A stretch of DNA of 47,580 bases from Folioceros fuciformis (Eukaryota): NCBI GenBank assembly GCA_049999805.1, contig JBNGIO010006141.1, positions 213,057 to 260,636 on the forward strand, in the 5' to 3' direction. This document shows, in pieces, positions 29,082 to 40,199 of this stretch. The notes under the pieces were generated by a model. It saw only the letters and a program-made list of their open reading frames with translations. It was not told the origin of the DNA and ran no database searches. A program made the translations under genes and the position numbers. The number at the start of each line of letters is the position of its first letter. Within the stretch, counting starts at the first letter, position 1.

Positions 29082-32000
29082 GTATTATATATGTATTGAT
29101 ATGTATTTAATATATGTGGTATCTGTATTGCCATATATATATCCTTTTTCTCCCTAATTTCCTTTTTCTATTTTCTCTCTTATTTTTCTGGATTTAATTT
29201 ATGTTTTCTCACCTGTTTTCGTCCCCTAACCGTCCGGGAACTGTCCCAGCACTCTAGGATTTGTTGTCGATGGTTGAGGAACCGTTTCGGCTAGAAGCAG
29301 ATTCTACTAAATAAGCTGCAAATTTCATGCCCAGTTCCGGCTGCTAATCCCTCTTCTTCTAATCTCTCTCCTTTCTTCTCCCATTACTCCTACTAACACC
29401 AAGGGCCTTCCATCTCAGGACTGTTTGACAATCCAACGGCCCACTATCCCTTACGGTCATCGGTTGGTTGTGATGGATGCATATTTGCTACCCTAACCCA
29501 CTCTAGCAAGAGTTCAACTTCTGCAACCTCTCCACTAACATCTTTTGTTGTGTTCTTCTTGCTTCCAACACGTCTCAGGTAGGTCTGACCTACTGTCCAT
29601 GGGCCCCGTAGAACATTTCTTAGGACTAAACTAACAAATTGACAAGTGCTCCTCCCATGAGGGCTGTGCATCAGCCACCGTGGGAGCCGTTAGGGAAGAT
29701 GCTGCAAGAGTGAGGATGATTGGTCCGAAGGCAACCTCAGCCGTCATAGGAATAGTGGCAGCAGAAGCCTTCTACAAACAGTCACTCAACAATAAGACGG
29801 CGGTGCCCACTAGATCTAGAAGAGTAGACAATAGCCAAGGATCAACAAAGGCTGTTGGTAGGGTCAACAAGGGGGCTGGCGGTTCGTCAAGTTGATGGTA
29901 GGGTGGACTAGTCTAGAATAATGATGTGCTATAAACTATTGTTTTGGTTGTCGTGTCCTAGTAATCAACGTGTAGAGAGAGGAAGGGGACTAGAGCTAGG
30001 AGTCCTCTATAAGAGGCTATGAGCCTCTAGAACCCGCCTGTCACTTTACGATCTCTCTCGGGCTGTCCCTGCTTGGATACAGCAGTGTGTGCCGGCTGTG
30101 CATGTATGCAATGTCTGGTAAAGCTTTGAGAAGTGGTGGCCAGGGTTAAGGGTTGAGTCCCTTTAATTCTTGATCGTGCTCTCCGTGCCGTGCCCCATGA
30201 TCTTTCATTCTCATTTCCTCACAGGGCTAGAGTGAGTGCTGACCATGCTTGCATGGTGTCTGGTAGGATCGTGGGTGGCGACATGTTCTTCTTTGGGGTT
30301 AGTCTAGTGACTCTTGCCAAGTGGGGGAGTTAATAGGGAAGTGTAGAAGGTAGTGGTGTTGTTGCTGGTGTTGATGTTGAAGTAAGTGAGTGAGTGAAGT
30401 GAGTGAGAGAAGTCGCAGATTTGAGACGTTAGTGTCATTGTAGTGGCTGGAATGAATTTGTGGGCACTGAGAGGGGTGCCATTGACAGCTGGACAGTGAG
30501 GACTGTCCCACGCCTGATGGAAGCAGGAGGGAAGCCCTCAAATCTGTCATCCAGTTGATTGAGTCCTACCCTTCATCCATAGCATCAAGGAACTCCATCG
30601 CTCCTTCGTGGGAACGAAACCCAATGTCTCAACGCGTGTGGGATAAGTGTCACCACAAAAGGTCGAACCCGTTGGCAAATAGTGCACGGGGTTTTGCCAC
30701 CACACCGCGCTCAATCTCTTAGAATCTAGTCAATGTCTAGTGTCGCTGGAGTAACTACAATAAACCTAAAGAGGATCATACTAAAGTGAAAGATTCTACT
30801 ACTATAATCAAGATTGCACTACTATAATAGCAAGGCATTGGCTAATGCCATATAAGGACAAAGATATACATGACAACGACTATGGTAGAAGAGGAGGCGT
30901 CATCGACTCTTCCTCGTCTCGTGTACCCTTCCTCCTTTTAGACCATGATGTCTTAAGTGTCATCAACAGTTTCTACATTCAAGGGGTCAAGCGCTAGCCC
31001 TTCGATGACTCAATCATCTTTTGGTGGGTTGTCTTACTTGTATAGGACTAGATGGGTTTCCCCTCTTAAGTTTTATTTATGGAATATATATATGTAAATC
31101 ATGGTAGAAGAGAAAGGTCATACAAATGAAACAAAAAATGAATATGGCAAGATAGATTTCCCATGTTATTCTATCTATGAAATATATATGTGAACCAAGG
31201 TAAACGAGAAAGGTCATGGATTGAAACTAAAGCTGAACAAGATCATATTATGGAAAGTTTACTTCAAATAAATGACAATAAATTGATGCAAAGAGTAATT
31301 TTCAAGGTAGATCTAGATACAGTAATAAGAAAATATTATTATTATTATTATGGTAAATTATCCTCTTGGGAATTTTGGTGTATAGTAGAACTTTGTTATG
31401 TTTGTGTTGCTTGAATAACAACTATATAGAGAATTAAGATCAATTAAGTTTTACCAAGGATTCTTCGATATGTGTTGAAGAATATAAGGTCATTCATAAT
31501 AAACTACTTATGTTTGATGGATTGGAGTTTATTACCATTTTCTAATAGCATAATTTTACTATTTTTTTCACTACTTAATATAATACAGTAGTGGAATTTC
31601 TATTACTATGTAATATATTACTATGTAATAGGAGATCCATTAATTGATGTTTTAGATACTATGCATTAGGCTTCAAGGGATTAACCCCTAGTATTTCTAT
31701 CATGGTTTATCCCCCTAGTGTTTTTATCATGGTTTATCTCCCTCTTAAAGGGTAGATGGGTTTTCGATCTTGTTTTCTCAATTACATAGCTCAACTTCCT
31801 CCTATGTAATGGCTTTACAAAGAATCATAGAAATAAAGTCTCAAAGCTTTTGATATAGATGAGAAATAAGTACTACATTATACCTATTAACCTATATATA
31901 TATAATACTAGATATGTAGATCACAAGTTTGTATTAAACAATAAAAATTTTAAACCTTTTAAGACATTAGAAAAAGTTGCATTCACCATATTGTTTTGTT

Positions 32001-32388
32001 TGGTTAGTTTATATCATATACTTAGATGAATTTATAGTATTATTATTAGTGTGATTATTACTATTTATCAATCTACAAAAGATAAACTAGTTTGAACACC
32101 CAAGTGCAATGAGACTCCACTTGTGTTGAAACTTGCTTATAATTCTACTATAGTAGTGTATAATGGTATTTCTATTTTTGAAAAAAAGATAGAAAGTCTC
32201 ATCTACTCCAAAGATTGGAGAAACAACCCGAGCTAAGCCAAAGGCCAAAAAGGGCACTAGCCCCTTCGAATATCATAATAAAAAACTACTTACTTTTCTT
32301 CGAATGTCATGATGTCGAATAACAAAAGGCCTACCTACCACTGGTGCCAAAGAAGCCGCTTGACCTACGCTTGTTGTTCTTCTAAAAA

Positions 32389-32640
32389 CCGTATTTGCCA
32401 ATGCTCGTTGCGAAGCAATGGATATGCGCTGTTGAAAAAAGGCCACCATAGCTGTATTTGCCAATGCTCGTTGCGAAGCAATGGATACGCGCTGTTGAAA
32501 GAGGGCCACCATAGCCGTATTTGCCAATGCTCGTTGCGAAGCAATGGATACGCGCTGTTGAAAGAAGGCCACCATAGCCGTATTTGCCAATGCTCGTTGC
32601 AAAGCAATGGATACGCGCTGTTGAAAGAAGGCCACCATAG
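32389..32640. repeat. 63-bp tandem repeat x4 inside the retroelement 3' coding region
   Basis: Copies start at 32389, 32452, 32515 and 32578; they encode AMVAFFQQRVSIASQRALANT on the minus strand. Confidence 0.95.
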
Positions 32641-33552
32641 AGGAAAAAGGGAGAACACTATTCCTATTATTCTGATAAACCTTAGCAAACTTCTTTATAG
32701 ACCTTGAAAAGTCCTTGCCCATGGCCCCATGAGTTGCTAGCAAGAGCAAGGTGGATGAAGGTATCTCCGTCTTGCAAGGGAGAATACTTATGGACTTAAA
32801 CACTTCCACAATCCTTCGTCACCCAACTAGGGGGGTTGATGATGACGTGCTCGCAAATCGAATCCTTAGTGGGATCCATAACAACCACATTAGCAACACA
32901 AACCTCTTCCCCACTAGTGAAAAAAAGGTCAGCTCTAATTGAAACGCCATTGCGCAAAGTATATAGATGCTTCCTATGCAGAAGAAACCCACACTCCCTT
33001 GCCATTGAGAACGTGACATTGCGAACTACATCATGGGTGGTGATGCTCCCCAACGGAACAACGTGCTAGATAAGACCCTATATCGATAATGGCAATCCTA
33101 CGACTGCATGTAGACAGAGAAAAAGCCATGGGGTAGGCCAAACCTAAGTGAAATCTCATCACGGTAGCGAAAGTTGTTGGTGCAATTTGAAACGCCTAGA
33201 TGCAAGGTCGAGCCAAAAGCCAAGAGCCCGCTCCTTTACGTGAACAAGATCGAATACGAGCTCAAGAAGACCTAGGGATGGATGAGTCTGAAAGAAGGGC
33301 TCTTAGTGCTTGGCCATATTGCTTTTTTAGGAGGGAGGCTTGGAGACCCCTCAACCCTTCCCTAGAAAAGGAGGTGAAAGGAGGTAGAGCCTCACGAGCC
33401 TCCAAAGGTAGAGAATCCCTCGCTTGCCTAAGAGATATCTATACAAGGAAAATGCCCTCCTCAACGCCTGAGATAAAACCTTCAAGAAGAGGGAAATCTT
33501 GCAGCAAAAAACGAGAGGCCAAAATTGGAGTCGAGAGCGCCCAGCTACCGAG

Positions 33553-33656
33553 AAAGGCAGTTGGTGCAGAGGCCTCCATGGCCGAAAGGCCAACCCCTCC
33601 AAAGGCAGTTGGTGCAGAGGCCTCCATGGCCGAAAGGCCAACCCCTCCAAAGGCAA
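33553..33656. repeat. 48-bp tandem duplication
   Basis: aaaggcagttggtgcagaggcctccatggccgaaaggccaacccctcc at 33553 and 33601. Confidence 0.95.
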
Positions 33657-35619
33657 CCGGTTGGGCAAGGAAGCCTGCTTTTGAGCCAAATCACTAATGG
33701 CACACTCGAAGGTGCCAGGAAGTATGATGTCCTCGAGTTTGCATAACTCGATTGTCAAAGAAAACTAGAGAAGGTACAATAGGCCTAGTAAGGTAACCTA
33801 GTCATCATGCAAAACAAGAAGAAAGAATACCAAATGCAATATGAGGATCACCGATTTGTGAGAGATCCATAATATGAGCCAAATCTTCATCCACAAACTT
33901 ATGAACAAATCAGGAGGTCCCATAGGAACACTCAAGACTCGGAGTCCTTGCGAGGGGGTGATATCCTCCCCCTCCCCCCGGCCCTAGAATATTAAAGGGG
34001 GGGAGTGATGCCTGAAGGGGACCAAACTTTGCATTTAGATATCTTAACCCACAACCCCACCTTGGAGAGCTTTGACGAGAAGAAATCAAATGCTGCTTTG
34101 ACTATGACTCCTTGCCCAAGAATATTAGTCTCATCAGCCACGGAAGGGAAAAGGCATTCCCAAAATGCTGAGGCAGTAGAGGACAATGCTAAAAACTGCG
34201 CAATTGCAAAAAGAGCACCCCCTAGCGGATCCCCTTGCTTTGTGCCTGTTGCTGACGAGCCATAGAAGGAGCACACAAAAAGGATAAGACTTGCCGATTG
34301 AGCTTTGAGAAGATGGCAACCCTGGAGATGATGTTGAAGGCATTATCAATATAAACCTGCAAAGCTACCTAGTGAGGATGTAACTCGAGGGCCGCTTGGA
34401 TGTCGAGGCACCAGATTCACACCCACCAGAGGTGGCAATCGCAAATTTGTGGAGTGCAAGATGCGCTTGGAAGTGCTCTCGAAGTTGAATTGCAATACTT
34501 CAGCTAATAAGGTGCAAAAACACCTACCCCACAACAATAGGACACACTCCTGAGGTGGGCATTTCCAATGCAAGCATCCAAGCATGAGATTTGATTGGGA
34601 ACTTTGTCCCTAGCCACAGCAACCGCTAGTGTATAAAGCTTCGAAAAACCACTTGAGGGATCCTCATGATAAAAATAATCTAAAAAATGGTTAAAAATTG
34701 TGTCAGACAAACCCCCCTGAAGAAAGTCGCGGCGCAGAAGAGAGTGCATGCCCAAAAACAACCTTATCCAAGCAAAAAGGCTCCTCAACCGTGTGGTCAA
34801 GAAGATCTTGTGGTATAGTGTCGTTAGGTTTAGGACGAAGAGCATGAAGTGCAGCAATAGTGTTCAAAGTTGCAGATGTAGCCGGCCTTGGGCGCAATGC
34901 TCTAGCAACCTGAGAATATTTAACCTCTTTGCCCAACATGATATGTCGGTTAAGATGCGCTTTAAATGAGTCATGGCAACCCTTGTCAACCTTAGCTGAT
35001 TTCAATCGAGCTTTTGCTGCTAGTAGATCCTTCTCTTGAAGAGCTTGCCAATATTCGGATAAAAAACGACGAAGTCAAGAGGCCACTACCTATCACCTGA
35101 AGAACCACCCTTAGAGCGCCGAAGGCACCGTCTGGGGAAGAAAAAGAACAAAATCCAAGCATCCTCATCCCTCAGGTCCCGAGCAAGGCGATCCAAGGGA
35201 AGACGATAAGCAAGGCGACTATCATCATGTAGGTGCCTAGGGTGACGTCAAAAGACGCAAGGACATGCAAAAAGACCATGGAAAAGAGCCAACAAGTGAT
35301 CAGATTGCCCTCGAAGACACAACCAAGCCTCTGGGGGCGGCTCTAGAGGTTTTGTTGGAAGAGGATTGGCAGCTGGTTTGGAGGAAGAAGCAAGTAGCAC
35401 TTGTGCCACCTAAGTGGTCTTGTAGAAGTCCTTATGGTTGTGACCAATATGGCACTGCACCCCTTTGAATCTGGAACAAAGTTGAGAACACCTTGGACAA
35501 GGGATATTCTTGACTAGTAAGGGTTAGGTGTCACGCACCATATGATAGAGGCATGTAGAAAGTCTTGTAAAAAGATCAAAACTAAACAGTTGTACTTCCT
35601 TTTGTAACCTATAACCCTA

Positions 35620-36075
35620 TAATGGGCTCCATATGCTCCATTGTATGCCACTCAATCCTAAACCCATTTAGCTCCATGATGTTGATAAAATCCTAAACCA
35701 ATTTTTCTCCATCATGTTGGTAAGCCCTAAACCTATTCAGCTTTGCCATGTCCGGTCTACCATTCCTCTAAACCGTAAACACATTCTACTCCGCCATGCC
35801 GCTAAACCCAATCTACTCTGCCATGACGCTAAACCCTAAATCCACTATGCTCCACTATGACGTTAAACCCTAAATCCATTATGCTCCACCATGCCACTAA
35901 ACCCTACACCTATTCTCCTCCGCCATGCCCCTAAATCTATTTTGCTGCTGCGATGGTGGTAAGCTGTAAACCCCTGTTGCTCTGCAATGTTGCTAAACCG
36001 TAATCTCATTCTGCTACGCCATTCTACTAAACCCCAATCTCATTCCGCTTTGCCATGTCGCTAAACCCTAAACCT
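35620..36075. repeat. ~37-40-bp degenerate minisatellite containing telomere-like AAACCCTAAA
   Basis: About a dozen units of ctc(c/t)gccatg.cgctaaaccctaaa(t/c)c. Confidence 0.8.
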
Positions 36076-36195
36076 TAATTGGTTGTTCCATCACGTCGTC
36101 CGTATACCATTTTCATTCATTATACCATTCTTACAAGGAATCCTACACCACTCATATTGTTTTTATGTTGCTCCTCTACCATAGTATCACATCCT

Positions 36196-36301
36196 CGTTC
36201 GGCTCTGCCTCTCTTGAGCCCATGCTCTACAACACTCTTACGGATATGGTTCGGCTCTGCCTCTCTTGAGCCCATGCTCTACAGCACTCTTACGGATATG
36301 G
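36196..36301. repeat. 52-bp tandem duplication
   Basis: gttcggctctgcctctcttgagcccatgctctaca(a/g)cactcttacggatatgg occurs twice. Confidence 0.9.
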
Positions 36302-37321
36302 CAACACCGCTTCACCATAGCGCACTACACCATACTGCTTCACTGGTATGCTACATGAATCCCTTGACTCCAAACAGAGAAGATTTAGACTCATGAACCT
36401 CGTGCAACCCATGAACCTCGTGCAACGTTAGCTATGGGAATGATAATTGGGTTTAGGGTTTAGGGTAGTGTATAATAGATATGTAGATTCATCTTCTCTT
36501 TGCAACTCTTGAATACATTGTTCTACTTCGCATTCTTCCATTCAAAGGTGACATGGCAAGCCATAGATTTAAAGATTTCTCTTGAAGGGGATGTGCTTAG
36601 AGTACGATGGAAGCAATAGATTCTACACTTCCGTTTCATAGATTTTCGGAAAGCATTAAATGCACACAATCCCAAGAGTAAAATTGTGGCGAGTATGACC
36701 AAGGTAGGAGTCTCCAAATGTGCATATGATTAGGGCAATCTAATAGGGTTCCCCTAATGTTAAGTTTCGATAGAGGTAGAGGACGAGGAAAACCAGCCAA
36801 TGAAGTGTCGCAAGACTAATGTAAAATTTATAGGTTAAGGCTCCCGACTTAGCCCTTCTATTTTGTTTGTAGATTCACTGGCCGTTGGGCTTCTTGGAGA
36901 CTGATTTGAGGGGATAAACCCAAAAGTAGAATGCGACAAACACATACATGTTTCCTCTTCGGAGATGACCTGGTGATTCACTGGCACAAGCCCAAGAGTA
37001 ATGCGAGACAAATCCCATGCTTGCTTAGTATTTTCCTTTTTTTTGCATGCGGCTGGATGTTTGCTTGGGGGATGCATTTTCTGCTGGCGTCGGGTCGTCT
37101 GGTGTAGCCAAGCACCTCGTACAGTGGGTGTTCAAGGAAAAAAGATGTGGTGGTACTCTGTCGTCTAAGTGCACCAGAGACGACAGTGTGGTCGATATTT
37201 AAGAAAAGAAGAGGAATGCCGGTGCTGGTTCGTCAGAGGACACCCCAGGAGCACAACCCAGTCAGGCACAAGAGAAAACAGTTACCTACACACTTGGGCA
37301 CTGGCTGATTCATGGCTGTTG

Positions 37322-39817
37322 TCACCATCGACCTTTGCAACTGCAACAACCAGCCGCGAATCGATGCACCCGGTATCCATCCCTCACAATTATGTCTCTC
37401 TGTTCTAGCCTCGACATGATCTCCGTGGAACTGTGGCAGTCGCTGCACATGCGTAGGTTCTTGGTTACCAACAAAGGTGTCCCGCTAGGCGTGTTCACGA
37501 GGCCAAACGCCAGAGCTAGCTTCTCAGCATGGCCACAAAGGGCATCTTCCTTTTCACTCTCAGGCAGTGGCTTCAACACCAACTTTGTGTGGGGTATATG
37601 GCCTCCTTCTTGTTTCACACGTGTATTTGTGCTCTCCACCTTCAGTGCAATATCCTCTCTCCTCTCTCCCACCAGGAACCTATGGACCTCGTTTTTCACC
37701 TCAACAGTCGCCACCGCAGGTTTCTTGTTAGCTCCCGCCACCTTTCTCTGTGTTTCAATCCTCTCTACATCGCTCCATCTCCCTGCATCTGCATAGGCAC
37801 TGGCCATGAGCACATAGGCGGGTGTCTCCAGGGGGTCTAGCTTAACAATGCTCTCAAAACACCACATCGCCCTCTCCAAATCCCCGTGGTTTTTGCAGGC
37901 ACTCAACAAAGACGTCAACCCCACAACATCACTTTCGCCCAAACATGACAAGAGCATCGTCTCTGCCTCATCTAAATGGCCAGCACGCCCAAGAAGATCG
38001 ATCATACAGGTGTAATGCTCGTTGGTCGCTTTGATGCCATGCTCCTCAGCCATGGAAAGGAAGTGTTTGCGCCCCTCCTCCACCAGTCCCTCATGGCTGC
38101 ACGCTACTAGAAGGCAAGAAAAAGTAGCGCCGTCGGGCTGAATGCCGGCAACTAACATCTCTTCGAAACAAGCTAGTGCCTTGTGACCTTCATCACATGT
38201 ACCATATCCACCAATCAGGGCGGTCCATGTCACCACATTCTTTGTCTTCAAGCTGTCGAAAACCTGGCGTGCATCTTCGACTTCACCACATTTCGCATAC
38301 ATGTCCACCAGGCAGGTGCCCACCACTACGTCATCCACGAGTCCTCGTTCAACAATCTGTGCGTGCAGCTGCCGGCCCTTCTGGAGAGCGCCAGTGCTTG
38401 CACAGGCCTTGAGAAGGCAACCAAAAGTAAAATGGTCAGCCAGAATGAGGCCATCCTGTTCCATTTGTCCATACAGAACAAGCGCATCATGGCCAAAACC
38501 TTGTTGGGCATACCCAGCTATCAGGGCATTCCATGTCACCACGTTCTTTATCTTCATGCTGTTAAAAACCTGGCGTGCATCTTTCAGTTCACCACATTTT
38601 GCATAGCCAGCTATCATTGCATTCCATGTGACCACATTTTTTGAGTTCATACTGTCAAAAATCTGGCGTGCACGTTTCAGATCACCACACTTCGCATAGC
38701 CAGCCACGAGGGCATTCCATGTCACCACATCCTTTGTGGCCATGGTGTCAAAAACCTGGCGTGCATCTCTCATTTTGTCACATTTCGCATACATGTCAAC
38801 CAGGCTGCTGCCAACAAACAAGTTAGTGGAAATGCCACTCCGCATCACATCACAGTGCACTTTTCTGCCAGATTCCAAGTCCCCTGCAAATGCACAAGCT
38901 TGAAGGGCAGCTACGAAAACGTGAGCATCCGCCTTCACTCCTAATCTACGCATTGCATGGTACAGTTGTACTGCCTCCGTGGGTCTCCCGTGTTTAGCAT
39001 GGGCAGAGATTATGGAAGACCAGGTGAAAACATCTGGTTTGCCTACCCTGGTGAACACATCCATGGCCTCCTCCAGCCTTCCTCCACAGGCATACATGCG
39101 CAATACGTGGTTCCCCACGTATGCAATCGACTCGTAACCAAGTTTGACAGTAAGATCATGAAGTCGTCGCCCCACAACCATATCCTTCGTAGCTGTACAC
39201 AGTTTGATTACAGTGCAGAGAAGAGACAGAGAAATGCCAGCAGAGTCTGTCTGCGCCAGAGATTCCAGGGCTCCAACGGCCTCACAAAGCTTCCCTTCAT
39301 GACACAAAGTGCTCACGGTAACAGGACTTATGACGCCCATTTCCCATGCAGCACGCCTTCCAGGTTCAGACTTGTTCAACGAAGTCGGCTTGGAGGCAAA
39401 GGCCCCATGACCTATCTGCGTATCCAAGGAAAGGAGTTGTTCATCAACAACCCAAGCTGGCCTGAACATGCTGTCCAACCGCAGAACCTCATCGGCACCC
39501 TTACGCCGGAAGTCAGGCGAACGGGAGTACTTGTCATGTCGTCTGTTATCCCACCAAATGGCAGGGTCCAGAAAGCATTGTTGCCACAAGCGCTCTTGCT
39601 CCTGGCGATGATCATCCTTGCAAAAACCGTTGGCAACCACACAGTTTCTTTGAAGTGCAACTGCTGGGCTCGTCACGCTGCCGCACGAAGTCGCTTGTTC
39701 GTTTGCCGGGGGGCCACTCCCTGCTGTGGTGAGCTGAGCCGGGGTTCCACCCAGGAGCCCTGAACACAATGCAGCGTGTCGGGTCCTCAACGGGTCTGGT
39801 AGCCATACTGCGGCCAT
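37322..39817 (-). CDS. PLS-class PPR-DYW:KP RNA editing factor (ends GRW) with partly diverged N-terminal PDF motif
   Basis: Family-conserved start MAAVWLPDPL at 39817 (alternative upstream ATG at 40042); WWDNR..PDF motif 39434-39589; KKPAVATVEV; CGHAEKLA; CSDCH; ends CCSCKGRW. Confidence 0.93.
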   Translation of the reverse strand: MAAVWLPDPLRTRHAALCSGLLGGTPAQLTTAGSGPPANEQATSCGSVTSPAVALQRNCVVANGFCKDDHRQEQERLWQQCFLDPAIWWDNRRHDKYSRSPDFRRKGADEVLRLDSMFRPAWVVDEQLLSLDTQIGHGAFASKPTSLNKSEPGRRAAWEMGVISPVTVSTLCHEGKLCEAVGALESLAQTDSAGISLSLLCTVIKLCTATKDMVVGRRLHDLTVKLGYESIAYVGNHVLRMYACGGRLEEAMDVFTRVGKPDVFTWSSIISAHAKHGRPTEAVQLYHAMRRLGVKADAHVFVAALQACAFAGDLESGRKVHCDVMRSGISTNLFVGSSLVDMYAKCDKMRDARQVFDTMATKDVVTWNALVAGYAKCGDLKRARQIFDSMNSKNVVTWNAMIAGYAKCGELKDARQVFNSMKIKNVVTWNALIAGYAQQGFGHDALVLYGQMEQDGLILADHFTFGCLLKACASTGALQKGRQLHAQIVERGLVDDVVVGTCLVDMYAKCGEVEDARQVFDSLKTKNVVTWTALIGGYGTCDEGHKALACFEEMLVAGIQPDGATFSCLLVACSHEGLVEEGRKHFLSMAEEHGIKATNEHYTCMIDLLGRAGHLDEAETMLLSCLGESDVVGLTSLLSACKNHGDLERAMWCFESIVKLDPLETPAYVLMASAYADAGRWSDVERIETQRKVAGANKKPAVATVEVKNEVHRFLVGERREDIALKVESTNTRVKQEGGHIPHTKLVLKPLPESEKEDALCGHAEKLALAFGLVNTPSGTPLLVTKNLRMCSDCHSSTEIMSRLEQRDIIVRDGYRVHRFAAGCCSCKGRW

Positions 39818-40199
39818 GCTTCCGTGGCAATCGTCGGAGGTGACGTTAACACAAGGCAGCAGCAGGATCCCACAGGCACCGTGTACGACCATACCACCTT
39901 GGACGCATGACGAGACTGTCCTGCATTGCTTGCTAACAAAGAGAGAACACGCTACGGATTTGGCCTTCGGCTCCGAGGTATGCAAAATTAGGATTCCTTT
40001 CACGGCGTAGTCAGTCTTTCCTTCCAGCGGGACACGACTCATGCCACTCTGACTGTCTCCCGTTCCAGAAACAAAGAGACGACGGGAGACGGAGAGCGTT
40101 AACCATTCATGGCAAGCCAGCGCACCCTACTGGAGCAAACAGTATAATACTCCAGCTTTGTACACACTGGAGACAGTAACTACTTCTTCATTATTATTC

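Larger units (their letters stand above)
32273..35470 (-). mobile_element. Decayed non-LTR retrotransposon, RT plus C-terminal restriction-like endonuclease (CRE-like); boundaries approximate
   Basis: Minus-strand fragments in order: ALEMPTSGVCPIVVG*V (cf. ALxKxxGGVRPIAVGE), KFAIATSGGCE, LQVYIDNAFNIISR, GTKQGDPLGGALF, SVADET, SKCKVWSP, GAGSWLLARP, HDVVRNV..RADL..VANVVV, QRVSIALQRA. Many stops and frameshifts. Confidence 0.8.

Noticed and set aside
28482-29157. ~205-213 aa ORFs
   Set aside because: Artefacts of the 400-N gap.
29200-30720. Moderately GC-rich block, possible retroelement remnant
   Set aside because: No gag/pol motif, LTR pair or PBS could be identified by eye.
32389-32640. Regular repeat superficially like a CRISPR array
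   Set aside because: Head-to-tail copies with no unique spacers, in a eukaryotic retroelement context.
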